Part shown: piece by piece, positions 1 to 9,873 of the stretch | Layout of the letters: each line of letters opens with the position of its first letter | Numbering within the stretch: position 1 is the first letter of the stretch | From: Spirochaetia bacterium | GTDB taxonomy: Bacteria > Spirochaetota > Spirochaetia > CAKZLE01 | Direction of reading: 5' to 3' | Length of the DNA: 64,000 bases | Assembly (NCBI GenBank): GCA_963677595.1 | Contig: OY782041.1 | Location: forward strand, 2,912,001-2,976,000 | Notes under the pieces: model-generated | The model's input: only the letters and a program-made list of their open reading frames with translations | What the model was told of the DNA's origin: nothing | The model's database searches: none | Position numbers and translations under genes: made by a program

Positions 1-1
1 G

Positions 2-196
2 ATCCGGAAGCTCGGTCTCTACGAGGAGACCGGGATCAGGGAGTACTGGGTCGTGGATCCGGCCCGGAAGTCAGTCACCCTCTATTTCTTCGAGGAGTAT
101 ACATTCAAGGAGTATTTCGGTACAGGTGATTCATGTGTAGTACAGTCCCTGGCTTTCGAGGGGCTGTCGATCAGCTATGAGGATATCTTCTCATGA
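2..196 (+). CDS. Uma2/DUF820-family endonuclease, 3' partial
   Basis: Hand translation gives IRKLGLYEETGIREYWVVDPARKSVTLY...EDIFS*. KLxLY..G..EYWVVDP is the Uma2 signature. The gene runs off the window start. Confidence 0.8.
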   Translation: MRKLGLYEETGIREYWVVDPARKSVTLYFFEEYTFKEYFGTGDSCVVQSLAFEGLSISYEDIFS

Positions 197-220
197 ATTA
201 CGTGAAGTGATCGTGTCTCA

Positions 221-475
221 CTAAAGGCCTAACTGCGCTATTTGTTTGCGATACTGCATCTCGAGATTGTTCAAGAAGCTGGCAGCAACACCTGTCACCA
301 GTTCCAATCTGGCAGCTAGCTCATACATAATGGGTTGGTCCTCACCGATGATCCTGATGATCGACTGCTCGGTCAGACCGGTCCTGGCCGATAGTTCTTC
401 TTGTGTCATCTTCAGTGTTTCACCAGGTGGTACAGCATAATCTAGTTCATAGGTATGAAGACGTTTGGCTTTTAA
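221..475 (-). pseudogene. HigA-like XRE/HTH antitoxin remnant
   Basis: Frame reads LKAKRLHTYELDYAVPPGETLK-MTQEELSARTGLTEQS...ARLELVTGVAASFLNNLEMQYR. An AAGGAG RBS is present but no ATG follows it, and about 7 aa seem to be missing between ETLK and MTQ. Confidence 0.65.
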
Positions 476-565
476 TGACCTACTCCTTGTATAGATGGCT
501 GCAGACTCCTGACTCTGCAGAATTCAAGCATGCTCCGTGGGCGGCCGAAAGAGCCTCCCTACTAT

Positions 566-985
566 CTATATTCCACTAAACATCTCGGCCGCTTCCACCG
601 CAGTCATACAGGCTGTCCTGCCGTTAATGAAGTCCCTGATATTCCCGGTTATGATGCAGTCAGCGTGTGCCCCGGCGGCTGATTCATCTATGACAGCATC
701 TTCAAAATCACTGATATGTGAATGCAGGGCTTTTTGCAGGATGCGAGCATCAGCAGTCAATATTACGAAATTATCCAGAAGTGTCTGGATCACGGTTTGA
801 TGCTGCTTAGGTGGGAAATTCCATTTCCCAAGAAAGTATGCCAGGGTCGTGATCTCATGGGCACAGATGCAGCCGATAAGCTTCTTTTGGATGCAAAGAT
901 CGACTACTGCCAAGGCAGCTTCATGATGATGTCTCTTCAACAGCATGTCCAGGATAACATTAAGATCTATAGTTACTTTTTTCAT
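566..985 (-). CDS. PIN-domain (VapC/PIN_3-like) toxin
   Basis: IDLNVILD...DFEDAVID...IITGNIRDF PIN motifs; overlaps the upstream small antitoxin gene. Confidence 0.85.
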   Translation of the reverse strand: MKKVTIDLNVILDMLLKRHHHEAALAVVDLCIQKKLIGCICAHEITTLAYFLGKWNFPPKQHQTVIQTLLDNFVILTADARILQKALHSHISDFEDAVIDESAAGAHADCIITGNIRDFINGRTACMTAVEAAEMFSGI

Positions 986-1208
986 GGCATTCCTTTCTCA
1001 TCTCATGCTTATCAGGCACATCCTTACCCTCAAAGATCCCATAGAGGGCAGCAGATTCTGAAGCGATGTCGCTTTGATAGACGTTAGACTGTAGTCTCCT
1101 CAAGTAAGCTTCGAATAGATGAGAAATGGACTGTTTTGTCATGTTAGCGTACTGGTGCGCAAAGGCTATCATATCCGCATCCATACTCAAGGTCAGTTTT
1201 TTATTCAT
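960..1208 (-). CDS. DUF6364-family (RHH) antitoxin
   Basis: MNKKLTLSMDADMIAFAHQYA...SISHLFEAYL; 82 aa directly upstream of the PIN gene. Confidence 0.75.
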   Translation of the reverse strand: MNKKLTLSMDADMIAFAHQYANMTKQSISHLFEAYLRRLQSNVYQSDIASESAALYGIFEGKDVPDKHEMRKECHEKSNYRS

Positions 1209-1215
1209 ATAATAC

Positions 1216-1251
1216 CTCGTACGTATATAATATCACATCTATACGTACGAG
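1216..1251. promoter_or_regulatory. 12-bp perfect inverted repeat, probable TA autoregulatory operator
   Basis: CTCGTACGTATA (1216-1227) and TATACGTACGAG (1240-1251) lie immediately upstream of the antitoxin start. Confidence 0.6.
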
Positions 1252-1352
1252 TAAAGATGTGACTCAATGAGTATCATAATTTCCAAAGTATGCTGGGAGT
1301 TGCGAAGGCAGATATCTGCCAAGACAGAACGTTACCAAATCTTGAGGAACCT

Positions 1353-2216
1353 CTAGCCTTGCTGTGGGAAGATCGGTGAGAGGCTGGCAAGGTCTGCTGT
1401 GAGCTTCTGCTGTTCTTCCGTACTCAAGGGTCCCAGGGGACCCTCTGCCGCTTCAAGGGCATGGCGGAACTGGTAGAGTTCCCCTGATGGGACGATCGCG
1501 GTGACCTGCTGGGAGAGGGTCCAGCGTGCTGCGAGCCGCAGCAGCTCAGGATCCTCATGCGGCTCGTACCAGCACTTGGACTGTTCCCTCCGTGCATCGC
1601 CTGGCTGCCACTGCTGCCGGGCGAGGGCCTTCAGGGCCATGCATGCAGCTCCCTGCCTGGTCGCAGTCTCCAGGATCTCTTTCCCGAACCCGTTGGAGAG
1701 GAAACAGGCATAGTTGAGGGGGAAGAGGACAGAGTCGAAGGGGTATCGAGCCAGGGCAGCAAGGGCTGCCTCGGTCGAATGGGCAGAGAAACCGAGATAG
1801 CGGATGCGTCCTTCAGCCTTTCGTTTGATGAGGAACTCCATGACCCCGCCGGGGGCGAAGGCTGCGTCGACGTCCTCCTTGACTGAGAAGATCGCATGGA
1901 GCTGGTAGAGGTCGAAGTGGTCGGTCCTCAGTCGGTCCAGGGACTGGTAGAACTCAGCTGATGCGGCCTCTGCATCCCGTTTGGTCGTCTTGCAGGCAAG
2001 GAAGCACTCCTTCCGGTAGGGTTCGAGGGCCGGTCCCATACGCATCTCCGCTTCCCCGTCCCCGTAGCTCGGTGCGACATCGAAGTAGGTGACCCCGTGG
2101 TCTCTGCATTCCGAGACGATCCTGTCAGAAGCATCCTGGTCGTAGCCCATGAGCAATACGCCTCCGCATCCTATGACTGACAGCGATACATCATCCTTGT
2201 ACGTCCGGTATTCCAT
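1353..2216 (-). CDS. Aldo/keto reductase
   Basis: YFDVAPSYGDGEAE, LACKT, SLDRLRTDHFDLYQLH and IRYLGFSAH motifs. Confidence 0.9.
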   Translation of the reverse strand: MEYRTYKDDVSLSVIGCGGVLLMGYDQDASDRIVSECRDHGVTYFDVAPSYGDGEAEMRMGPALEPYRKECFLACKTTKRDAEAASAEFYQSLDRLRTDHFDLYQLHAIFSVKEDVDAAFAPGGVMEFLIKRKAEGRIRYLGFSAHSTEAALAALARYPFDSVLFPLNYACFLSNGFGKEILETATRQGAACMALKALARQQWQPGDARREQSKCWYEPHEDPELLRLAARWTLSQQVTAIVPSGELYQFRHALEAAEGPLGPLSTEEQQKLTADLASLSPIFPQQG

Positions 2217-2485
2217 CTCTATCCCTCCTGAATGTTATATCAGTATAGCATGGTATGGGCTCCTCAGGTCATGCTCCATAGGGTAAAACCTGATTATCCT
2301 CAGACAGTAGGCCACCTCACGATGTCTGGGGGCTAACAGGTTACCTGTTAAAGAACTGTGTCGTATCGCGATCAAGCGATTTCCTGCTTTGAGTGGATGG
2401 CAGATTGTCTCTTGACCGACAATGTTGTATATATTATTATATAGATTGATATTAATATCGATATTGATACCGACAAGGAGCAGCC

Positions 2486-2716
2486 ATGACCGTAAATGGA
2501 TACCTGGATTATGCATTGAAGGAGGTAGAGCTTGTTCAGGAAGGACAGGTTTTTATCGTCAAGGATCTATTCAAAGGATACTTATGGAACCAGATCCCCA
2601 GGAACCAGCGGTTACTCTTGGGGACATTGTTCCTGAATGCCGTCAATACTGAGCCCCTGGCAATAGATGTCCTTTCCAAGACGTCATCCGGGCAGCAGAG
2701 GTATAAGAAGATATGA
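2486..2716 (+). CDS. DUF1413-domain small protein
   Basis: FIVKDLFKGYLWNQIPRNQRLLLGTLF...KTSSGQQRYKK; AAGGAG RBS. Confidence 0.7.
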   Translation: MTVNGYLDYALKEVELVQEGQVFIVKDLFKGYLWNQIPRNQRLLLGTLFLNAVNTEPLAIDVLSKTSSGQQRYKKI

Positions 2717-2796
2717 CAATCAGAGAGGGGGAATACGGTCAATATCGGCATCCCCTGTCAGGTTTGCTAACCAAGAATAGAGAAGAGGATCATGAT

Positions 2797-3897
2797 ATGA
2801 GTTCTTTAGACCGACTCACTATCCGGGGATTCAAATCCATACGGGAGATTTCCAGCTTCGAATTAACCAATCTCAATATATGCATCGGTGGCAATGGTGC
2901 AGGAAAATCAAACCTGATCAGTTTCTTCGCCCTCCTCAGAAGCATAATGGAAGGAAACCTCAATGAATTCGTGAGTATGCATGGAGGCGCAGGAGATTTG
3001 CTGCATCTCGGGAGGAAGGTCACCCCCTATATGGAGTTTGAATTATCCTTTGGCAGGAGAGGGTATCGGTTCAGGCTGAACCCTACTCCCCGTGATACCT
3101 GTACGTTGACGCATGAAGCAAGGTACTATGCCGGAAACGCCAGATGGTGGGAGTTCGATTCTGACCATGATGATTCTTCCCAGATGGTTGCGGAAGCAAC
3201 AGGTGGTACAAGCAGCAGTACGTACAGCAAACCGGTGTATGATGCGATATCTTCCTGGCAGATGTATCATTTTCATGATACGAGCCCAACTGCAGGTATG
3301 AGGCATCGTGAGATCATACAGGATAACAGCAGGCTGCGTATGGATGCCTCTAATATAGCACCCTTCCTGTTAAAGCTTAGACAAGAGGCGCCAAAAGCCT
3401 ATAGGGAGATCCTTGACTCGATACGATTGGTAATACCCTTCTTTGACGATTTTATCCTGGAACCGGAGATGTTCGGGGTTAAAACAAGCGTCAACCTCTC
3501 CTGGACGCAGAAAGGTTCCGATTACCCCATGCAGCCGTATCATCTGTCGGATGGATCCATGCGCTTTATCTGCCTGGCAGCAGCCCTGCTGCAGCCGGTA
3601 CCACCTGCAACGATCATCATCGATGAGCCGGAGCTGGGTCTGCACCCTGCAGCGATAGCTGCCTTGGCTGAGATGATACATGATGCAGCACGAAGGACAC
3701 AGGTAATCGTAGCTACTCAGTCACCTGCCCTGATTGACTATTTTGCCGTAGAAGACATCATTGTGGTGTCCAGGGAGACAGGAGCATCAACTTTCTCCAG
3801 ATTGGATGAGAGAGATTTTACCCAATGGCTTGAATCCTATTCGTTGGGAGAACTCTGGAAAAAGAATGTGATCTCTGGAGGACCAACGTATGAATGA
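2797..3897 (+). CDS. AAA_21/ABC-type ATPase (COG4637-like)
   Basis: Walker A GGNGAGKSN, signature LSDGSMRF, Walker B IIIDEPELGLHP, ATQSP. Start moved to MSSLDRL. Confidence 0.9.
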   Translation: MSSLDRLTIRGFKSIREISSFELTNLNICIGGNGAGKSNLISFFALLRSIMEGNLNEFVSMHGGAGDLLHLGRKVTPYMEFELSFGRRGYRFRLNPTPRDTCTLTHEARYYAGNARWWEFDSDHDDSSQMVAEATGGTSSSTYSKPVYDAISSWQMYHFHDTSPTAGMRHREIIQDNSRLRMDASNIAPFLLKLRQEAPKAYREILDSIRLVIPFFDDFILEPEMFGVKTSVNLSWTQKGSDYPMQPYHLSDGSMRFICLAAALLQPVPPATIIIDEPELGLHPAAIAALAEMIHDAARRTQVIVATQSPALIDYFAVEDIIVVSRETGASTFSRLDERDFTQWLESYSLGELWKKNVISGGPTYE

Positions 3898-4569
3898 CTA
3901 CATAGAATGTATAGTCCTCGTTGAAGGAAAGACTGAGGAGTTATTCATCCAGAAGGTCCTGGGAGAGTATATGGCTGAGAGATCCATATACATGACCCCG
4001 ATCCAGATCTCCAAACCTGGACAGAAGGTGGTGATGTACGATTCCAGAGGGTGCTGAAAGATATAGCCAGGCATATAAAGCAGCGTCCGGACACCTTCAT
4101 CACAACTATGATCGATTATTATGGATTGAGAAATGACTGGCCTGGAGTCTTGCAGGCTTGCAGCCGGCATACCCCTTCCGATATAGCAGATTGTATCAAC
4201 ACTGCAACCCGAGATGCAGTCCATGATGCATTGCCTGATTTCCGAACGAGCTCACGATTTGTGCCAAATATCATCGTGCATGAATTTGAAGCACTCTTGT
4301 ATTGTGATCCCGAGAAGACTTCACAACTATTGGGGATTGACACTTCAGCAGTAGGTAAGATCCTGAGTCAGTTCGGGGATCCGGAGAGGATCAATGATTC
4401 CCCAGAGACAGCACCCTCAAAACGACTGGCAGACTTGTACGAACGATACAAAAAAACGATCAATGGAATCAGGATCGCTGAGTCAATCGGCATCCCGACC
4501 ATGCGCTCGACCTGTACGGTCTTTAACAATTGGCTTATTCGTCTAGAACTACTTCTGCAGGAAGAGTGA
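3890..4569 (+). pseudogene. DUF4276-family (TOPRIM-like) partner, frameshifted near 4027
   Basis: MNDYIECIVLVEGKTEELF...KPGQK continues as GDVRFQRVLKDIAR...TTMIDYYGL...HEFEALL...PERINDSPETAPSKRL only if 1 base is restored. Could be a sequencing error. Confidence 0.75.
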
Positions 4570-4630
4570 AGACGTACAAAGAGTTTCCATTGCCGGACTG
4601 AAGATAATCAGTGTCTAGGAAATAGCAAAA

Positions 4631-4678
4631 GAAAGGGGCCATTGCCTAAGTCATATGACTTTTGCAACAGCCCCTTTC
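4631..4678. terminator. Long nested hairpin between convergent genes (bidirectional terminator)
   Basis: GAAAGGGGC..TTGC..AAGTCATATGACTT..GCAA..GCCCCTTTC, with an A-run on the left side. Confidence 0.65.
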
Positions 4679-4699
4679 ATCCTGTAAGGAGTGTGTATG

Positions 4700-5734
4700 C
4701 TATTCCCTGGCAGCCTTGAAGAGAGCCTCCACATTTGCCGGGTTGACATCAGGCAGGATCGCCTCATGGCTCGGCGAGAGGATCAGTCCGGTGGGGAAGA
4801 GTTCCCGAAGGTGGAGCACGGTGGTGCGGATCTGGTCGGGAGTCCCGTTGACCAGGAGGTTCTGGGCATCGACGCCGCCGCAGAAGGAGACATCCTTGCC
4901 GAAGTCCTTGGCCAGGTCATCGGCATTCATGCCGGTGGCAAGTGCCTGGATCGGGTGGATGGCATCCACCCCGAGCTCGATGAGGTCGGGGATGATCGGC
5001 CTGATCGCCCCACATGAGTGGTGGACGACCTTCAGCCCGTAGCTGTGTGCCTGGTCGATCAGTTTCCTCGTGCCCTCGAAGACATGGTCCCGCAGCATCC
5101 CCGGGGAGACGAGCAGGGTCGTCTGGCTCCCGAAGTCGTTGCCGATGAGGACTGCGTCAAGCTTTCCCTTCGTTGCTTCATAGAAGATCCGGTTGGCTTC
5201 GAGGTAGAAATCGGTGATCCTGGTGATGACCGCCTTGTAGAGTTCTGGCTCGAGGATCATCCGCATCAGGGCACTCTCCATCCCGTAGGCAGAGCAGGAG
5301 TCCTGGAAATGGGCTGACCACATGAGACTCATGATGGCAGCATCCTGGGGAGCGTTCTCGACGACAGCCCTGCAGGCCTCCACGTCGATTCCCTCCGCCG
5401 GGTCCGGCCAGGGGAACTTGTCCACATCTGACGGTTCATGGTAGTCCTCGAAGAACCCCGGGGCGGTGAGCGTCCGCTCATCGTAGTTCCCGTGCTCATC
5501 GACCTTTGCGAAGTTCATCGCCGTCGCGATATGGTCACTGTCAGTCGTATGGTAGGGGACGTTCACGCTGAAGACATCGTCGCCGATGGCAGCCTTCAGG
5601 TCCAGCTCATTGTCTACCTTATAGTACTCATGGAGTCCAGGGACCGCTGCAGGTACCGGCTCGCCGAGCCAGGCTGCGGGGTGGTCCACAGATTTCCGTT
5701 CGATCGTCGCGAAGAATCGTTCTTTCTTTGTCAT
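4700..5734 (-). CDS. Uroporphyrinogen decarboxylase/methyltransferase (URO-D/CIMS) family protein
   Basis: IGNDFGSQ, HHSCG, DAIHPIQ, FCGGVDAQ and LSPSHEAI motifs. Confidence 0.85.
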   Translation of the reverse strand: MTKKERFFATIERKSVDHPAAWLGEPVPAAVPGLHEYYKVDNELDLKAAIGDDVFSVNVPYHTTDSDHIATAMNFAKVDEHGNYDERTLTAPGFFEDYHEPSDVDKFPWPDPAEGIDVEACRAVVENAPQDAAIMSLMWSAHFQDSCSAYGMESALMRMILEPELYKAVITRITDFYLEANRIFYEATKGKLDAVLIGNDFGSQTTLLVSPGMLRDHVFEGTRKLIDQAHSYGLKVVHHSCGAIRPIIPDLIELGVDAIHPIQALATGMNADDLAKDFGKDVSFCGGVDAQNLLVNGTPDQIRTTVLHLRELFPTGLILSPSHEAILPDVNPANVEALFKAARE

Positions 5735-5738
5735 GCCG

Positions 5739-6698
5739 CTACTCCTTTCGGTCCTGGAGACTGTTGAGGATGACGGCCAGCAGGATCACGAGTCCGCGTA
5801 CAACCTGCTGCATGTAGGGAGTGACTCCCAACAGGATCATGCCGTTGGTCAGGATACCGACGAAGAGCATACCGACGAGGGTTCCCGTGAGCTTTCCCTC
5901 ACCACCGGAGATCGACGTACCGCCGATGACTACCGCCGCGATGATGTCCAGTTCCCAGCCGGTACCGACCTCGGGAGAACCAGCCATGAGGCGAGAGGAG
6001 AGGATGATCCCCCCGACAGCCGAGAGGGCTGCCGTGGCCACGAAGACCAGTACCTTCACCGAGAAGATCCTGATGCCCGAGAGCCGTGCTGCATCCTCGT
6101 TGCCGCCGATCGAGTAGACCGACCGGCCGAAGGGGGTGTGGTTGAGCAGGATGTAGCCCAGTGCATAGAGGACGATCATGTAGATGACCGGGTAGGGGAT
6201 GCCTGCCAGGTGTCCTGCCCCGATGGGGAAGAAGGACTTGGGCAGCCCGCCGACCGGGTACCCGCCGGTCATGGTGTAGGTGATACCCCTGATGAGTGTC
6301 AGCATGGCTAATGTGACAAGGAAGGCATGGAGCTTGAAGTAGGCGATGATGACCCCGCTCAAGAAGCCCCACAGGGAGCTGATCGCGAGGGTCAGGATGA
6401 TCGCTATCGGCAGCGGGATGCCGGCCTTGAGCAGCAGTGCGTTGAGCACCGATGCGAAGGCGACGACGGCCCCGACACTCAGGTCCATCTGGGCGAGGAT
6501 GATCGCCATGGTCATGCCGATGGCGATGATCGCCTGGATCGAGATCTGCCGCAGGACGTTCACGATGTTTGATGACGTGAAGAACTTCGGCGTCGCGATG
6601 CTCAGGAAGATGATCATGCCAACGAGGGCTACATAGAGAGCATACTCTATAAGGAATAGTTTCAGTGAAAACTGCTTTTTCTGTATCGTATCGTTCAC
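5739..6698 (-). CDS. Sugar ABC transporter permease (RbsC-like)
   Basis: DLSVG, GRSVYSIGGNEDAARLSGI and ELDIIAAVVIGGTSISGG motifs. Confidence 0.92.
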   Translation of the reverse strand: MNDTIQKKQFSLKLFLIEYALYVALVGMIIFLSIATPKFFTSSNIVNVLRQISIQAIIAIGMTMAIILAQMDLSVGAVVAFASVLNALLLKAGIPLPIAIILTLAISSLWGFLSGVIIAYFKLHAFLVTLAMLTLIRGITYTMTGGYPVGGLPKSFFPIGAGHLAGIPYPVIYMIVLYALGYILLNHTPFGRSVYSIGGNEDAARLSGIRIFSVKVLVFVATAALSAVGGIILSSRLMAGSPEVGTGWELDIIAAVVIGGTSISGGEGKLTGTLVGMLFVGILTNGMILLGVTPYMQQVVRGLVILLAVILNSLQDRKE

Positions 6699-8230
6699 GA
6701 CTGTACTCCTACGTCTGTGTTTGAACCGGTATCTTCGGTTGCGTGGTGCAGGATCATATCCTGTGTCACCTCTGCAGCAGAGGCGAATTCAGCGGTGATC
6801 TTCCCGTTGCTCATGACGAGAATCCTGTCGCTCATCTCGAGGATCTCCGGTATCTCCGAGGAGATGAGGATGATCCCGAGTCCCTCTTCCGCAAGCTCGT
6901 TGAGGAGGGAGTATATCTGTCCCTTGGACCCGACATCGATCCCGCGGGTGGGTTCATCCATGATCAGGATATCGGGTTTGGTTGCCATCCATTTGGCGAT
7001 GACCACCTTCTGCTGGTTCCCGCCGCTCAGGGCGCGGGCAGCCTGGTGACCGCCTGCGGCTTTCACATGGAGGTCCTTGAGCAGCCTGGTGACCAGGGGC
7101 TTCTCCAACCCCCTGCGGATCAGGCCGGTTCTCGTGACTTGTTTCAGTACCGGGAGGGTGATGTTCTCCGCGAGGGAGTGGCGGAGGATGAGTCCCTCCT
7201 CCTTCCGGTCCTCGGTGACGAAGGCCATCTTGTTGTCTTTCGCGGCTTTCGGGGAGGTGATCTCCACCGTCTTTCCGTGGATCGTGATCTCGCCTGAGGT
7301 GTGCGGGTCCGCCCCGAAGAGCGCCCGGGCGAGCTCGGTCCGGCCGGCACCAGCGAGGCCTGCAAGGCCGAGGATCTCACCCTGGTGGAGGTCGAAGCTG
7401 ATGTCCCTGAACTTACCGTTCGAGGTGAAATCCCGTACCTGCATCATGACAGGTCCCTGCTCCTTGGCCTCCTTCGGGGTGTGCTCGAGTGCCTTCCCGA
7501 CCATATGGTTGATGATGACCGGTTTCGGTGCATCGGCGATGTCGAGGGTCGTCACGTTCTGTCCATCACGGAAGATCGTTACGCGATCAGCGATGATCGG
7601 GAGCTCCTCGAGCCGGTGGGAAACATAGATGATGCTCATGCCCTTGGCCACCAGCTTCTTGATGACGGTGAACATGTTATCGATGTCATTGTCGGTGAGC
7701 GATGCGGTAGGCTCATCCATGATGAAGACCTTCGCATCGTAGCTGATCGCCTTCGCGATCTCGACGAGCTGCCGCTGCGCGACACTGAGGTTCTTCACGA
7801 GGGTCTTCGGTTCGATGACGGTATCCATCATCGAGAGGACCTCCCGTGCCTCTTCGTTGATCGTCTTCCAGTCAACGAAAGGACCTTTCTTCGTCAGTCT
7901 GCCCATCTGGAGGTTCTCAGCCACACTGAGGCTGTTCACCAGGCTGAACTCCTGGTAGACCGCACTGATACCCAGGTGCCGGGCCTGGATAGGGTTGTGG
8001 ATCTCTACCGTCTCTCCCTGGAAGATGATCTCACCGCAGCCCGGGTCGGGCCTGTATGCACCGGTGATGATCTTGATCAGCGTGCTCTTGCCGGCCCCGT
8101 TGGCTCCGACGAGGGCATGCACCTCACCTGGCTTCAGCTGGAAATCGACGCCCTTGAGGGCCTGGATCCCGCCGAAATGCTTGACCATCTTCTTTACTTC
8201 TAGCATATACTGCATGGGGGTTATCTCCAT
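6695..8230 (-). CDS. Sugar ABC transporter ATP-binding protein (RbsA-like, two ABC domains)
   Basis: GANGAGKSTL, MDEPT, LSGGNQQKV and DEPTRGIDVG motifs. Confidence 0.95.
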   Translation of the reverse strand: MEITPMQYMLEVKKMVKHFGGIQALKGVDFQLKPGEVHALVGANGAGKSTLIKIITGAYRPDPGCGEIIFQGETVEIHNPIQARHLGISAVYQEFSLVNSLSVAENLQMGRLTKKGPFVDWKTINEEAREVLSMMDTVIEPKTLVKNLSVAQRQLVEIAKAISYDAKVFIMDEPTASLTDNDIDNMFTVIKKLVAKGMSIIYVSHRLEELPIIADRVTIFRDGQNVTTLDIADAPKPVIINHMVGKALEHTPKEAKEQGPVMMQVRDFTSNGKFRDISFDLHQGEILGLAGLAGAGRTELARALFGADPHTSGEITIHGKTVEITSPKAAKDNKMAFVTEDRKEEGLILRHSLAENITLPVLKQVTRTGLIRRGLEKPLVTRLLKDLHVKAAGGHQAARALSGGNQQKVVIAKWMATKPDILIMDEPTRGIDVGSKGQIYSLLNELAEEGLGIILISSEIPEILEMSDRILVMSNGKITAEFASAAEVTQDMILHHATEDTGSNTDVGVQS

Positions 8231-8250
8231 TCAACACTGCGATCTGCACA

Positions 8251-8269
8251 GGGGAGGGCATCCCTCCCC
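8251..8269 (-). terminator. Stem-loop after the binding-protein gene (attenuator/mRNA stabiliser)
   Basis: GGGGAGGG-CAT-CCCTCCCC between the SBP and ATPase genes. Confidence 0.45.
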
Positions 8270-8299
8270 CATGCAGCTCTATCTCATAGGTTCGTATTA

Positions 8300-9271
8300 C
8301 TACTTGATCAGGTATGCCCTGTCATCCAGGTACTTCTGGACTTCTGCGGCATCGTCGAGGGTGTAGGTCTTCAGGGGGATGAGGACCTCATTGTCCGTCG
8401 AACCGGTCTTGACTACGTCCACTGCGTTGGAGATCGAGGTATAACCGATCTCGAAGGGCTGCTGTGTGGTGACGGCATAGAGGAATGCGTTATCTTCGAG
8501 CATGCTTCGTGCGATGTCGATACTCATGTCGGTTCCCATCAGGACGATGTCTGTCTCTCCCTTCCCGTTGAGCGCTGCGAGTGACCCGAGGAGTGCTCCC
8601 TGGTTCCAGCACCAGATGAGGTCGACTTCAGGATGAGCCTCGAGGATGCTCTCTGTCACGGAGAGACCGAGTTCCTTGTACTCTGCGTCCTGCTCTGCGA
8701 CGATGGTCGCACCTGCTGCTGCAGCGACTTTGTCCTTGAAACCGTTCACACGGTCGATACCTACTGAGTATTTTGAAGTCCCGATGACTGCGATGTTAGC
8801 CTTTCCGCCCATCTTCTCTTCGATGAACTGTGCGGCATACTCACCAGTCTGGGCACCGAGGTCATAGTTGTCTACACCAATGAAGTACTTTGACTCGGGT
8901 GAGTCGACTTTCGAGTTCCAGGTGATCACGGGGATGTCCGCAGCTACTGCCCGCTCGAATGCCGGGACGGAAGCCTGGTCACTCTGGGGTGAGATACTGA
9001 TGGCATCAACCTGCTGGGCGATGAAGTTGTCGATGAGGTTTGCCTCTTTTGCCACGTCAGAGTCAGAGCTCATGATCATGACGTCGACACCGAGGTCTGT
9101 CCCTGCTTTCTTCATTCCTTCGATCACTTCAGCGAACCACTCATGCTTGGTGTCGAGCAGGATAGCCCCGATCTCGATCTTCCCGTCTTCCTGCTGGCCT
9201 GCAGCGAAGAGGCTTCCTGCCGCTGTGAGCAGCACGCTTACCAGACAGAGTGTCAATACGAATCTTCTCAT
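8300..9271 (-). CDS. Sugar ABC transporter substrate-binding protein (Peripla_BP_4)
   Basis: Signal peptide plus AAGQQE; type I periplasmic-binding motifs (FIGVDNYDLG, DRVNGF, QQPFEIG). Confidence 0.9.
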   Translation of the reverse strand: MRRFVLTLCLVSVLLTAAGSLFAAGQQEDGKIEIGAILLDTKHEWFAEVIEGMKKAGTDLGVDVMIMSSDSDVAKEANLIDNFIAQQVDAISISPQSDQASVPAFERAVAADIPVITWNSKVDSPESKYFIGVDNYDLGAQTGEYAAQFIEEKMGGKANIAVIGTSKYSVGIDRVNGFKDKVAAAAGATIVAEQDAEYKELGLSVTESILEAHPEVDLIWCWNQGALLGSLAALNGKGETDIVLMGTDMSIDIARSMLEDNAFLYAVTTQQPFEIGYTSISNAVDVVKTGSTDNEVLIPLKTYTLDDAAEVQKYLDDRAYLIK

Positions 9272-9322
9272 TACAAAACTCCTTTTATCGTTTCTCTTGT
9301 ATGTTAAAGCTGTGTTCCAGCC

Positions 9323-9645
9323 TTAATCCTGATGGAATACTTCCTTCATCTCGGCCCACCATTCCCCTTTCGCACGTTCGGGGAGCGGGGTCTGCAGTGG
9401 TTTCTGTACCGCCCACCACTTCTGGGTCATCTCATCGGCAGCCATCTTCGCCATGTCGGCATCATAGTCGGTCCCGGTATACTCGTAGTAGGAGAAGAGC
9501 AGCCCGCCGAACCGGTAGATGGAGTAGTTGTGGATGTTGCACTCGGTGATCATCGCAGCACTTCCGGCCATACTGCTGCATGGTATGCCTCGTATGTCTC
9601 GATCTGCTCTTCCCCGATCCCGATCAGCTGTCCGTGTCGTTTCAT
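9323..9645 (-). pseudogene. L-rhamnose mutarotase family, frameshifted near 9555
   Basis: MKRHGQLIGIGEEQIETYEAYHAAVWPEVL joins MITECNIHNYSIY...LFSYYEY...TQKWW...WWAEMKEVFH only if one base is restored (CTG[G]CGATG). Confidence 0.8.
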
Positions 9646-9873
9646 ATCCGCCTCGATAAAATTGATGATAAAGTATGTTGGTAAAACTGTTGTTGGTAAT
9701 CATGATTTTAGCACACATTTTAGCGTTGTCAACTTAAAATTTTATAAAAATAGCAAGAAGTTACAACATATATATGGCAAAATGGCGGTAAAACAGGGGG
9801 TAATGTGGTAAAATTTTGATAAAATTTAAAAATATTAGTGGACAACTGCTGATAAAATGGTAAAATACTATAC

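Noticed and set aside
2235-2652. Short ORFs 2235..2516 and 2422..2652
   Set aside because: Low-complexity AT-rich promoter sequence or overlap with the DUF1413 gene; no coding evidence.
197-4620. Integron cassette array of TA genes
   Set aside because: No attC-like RYYYAAC...GTTRRRY structures or integrase found by eye; orientations are mixed.
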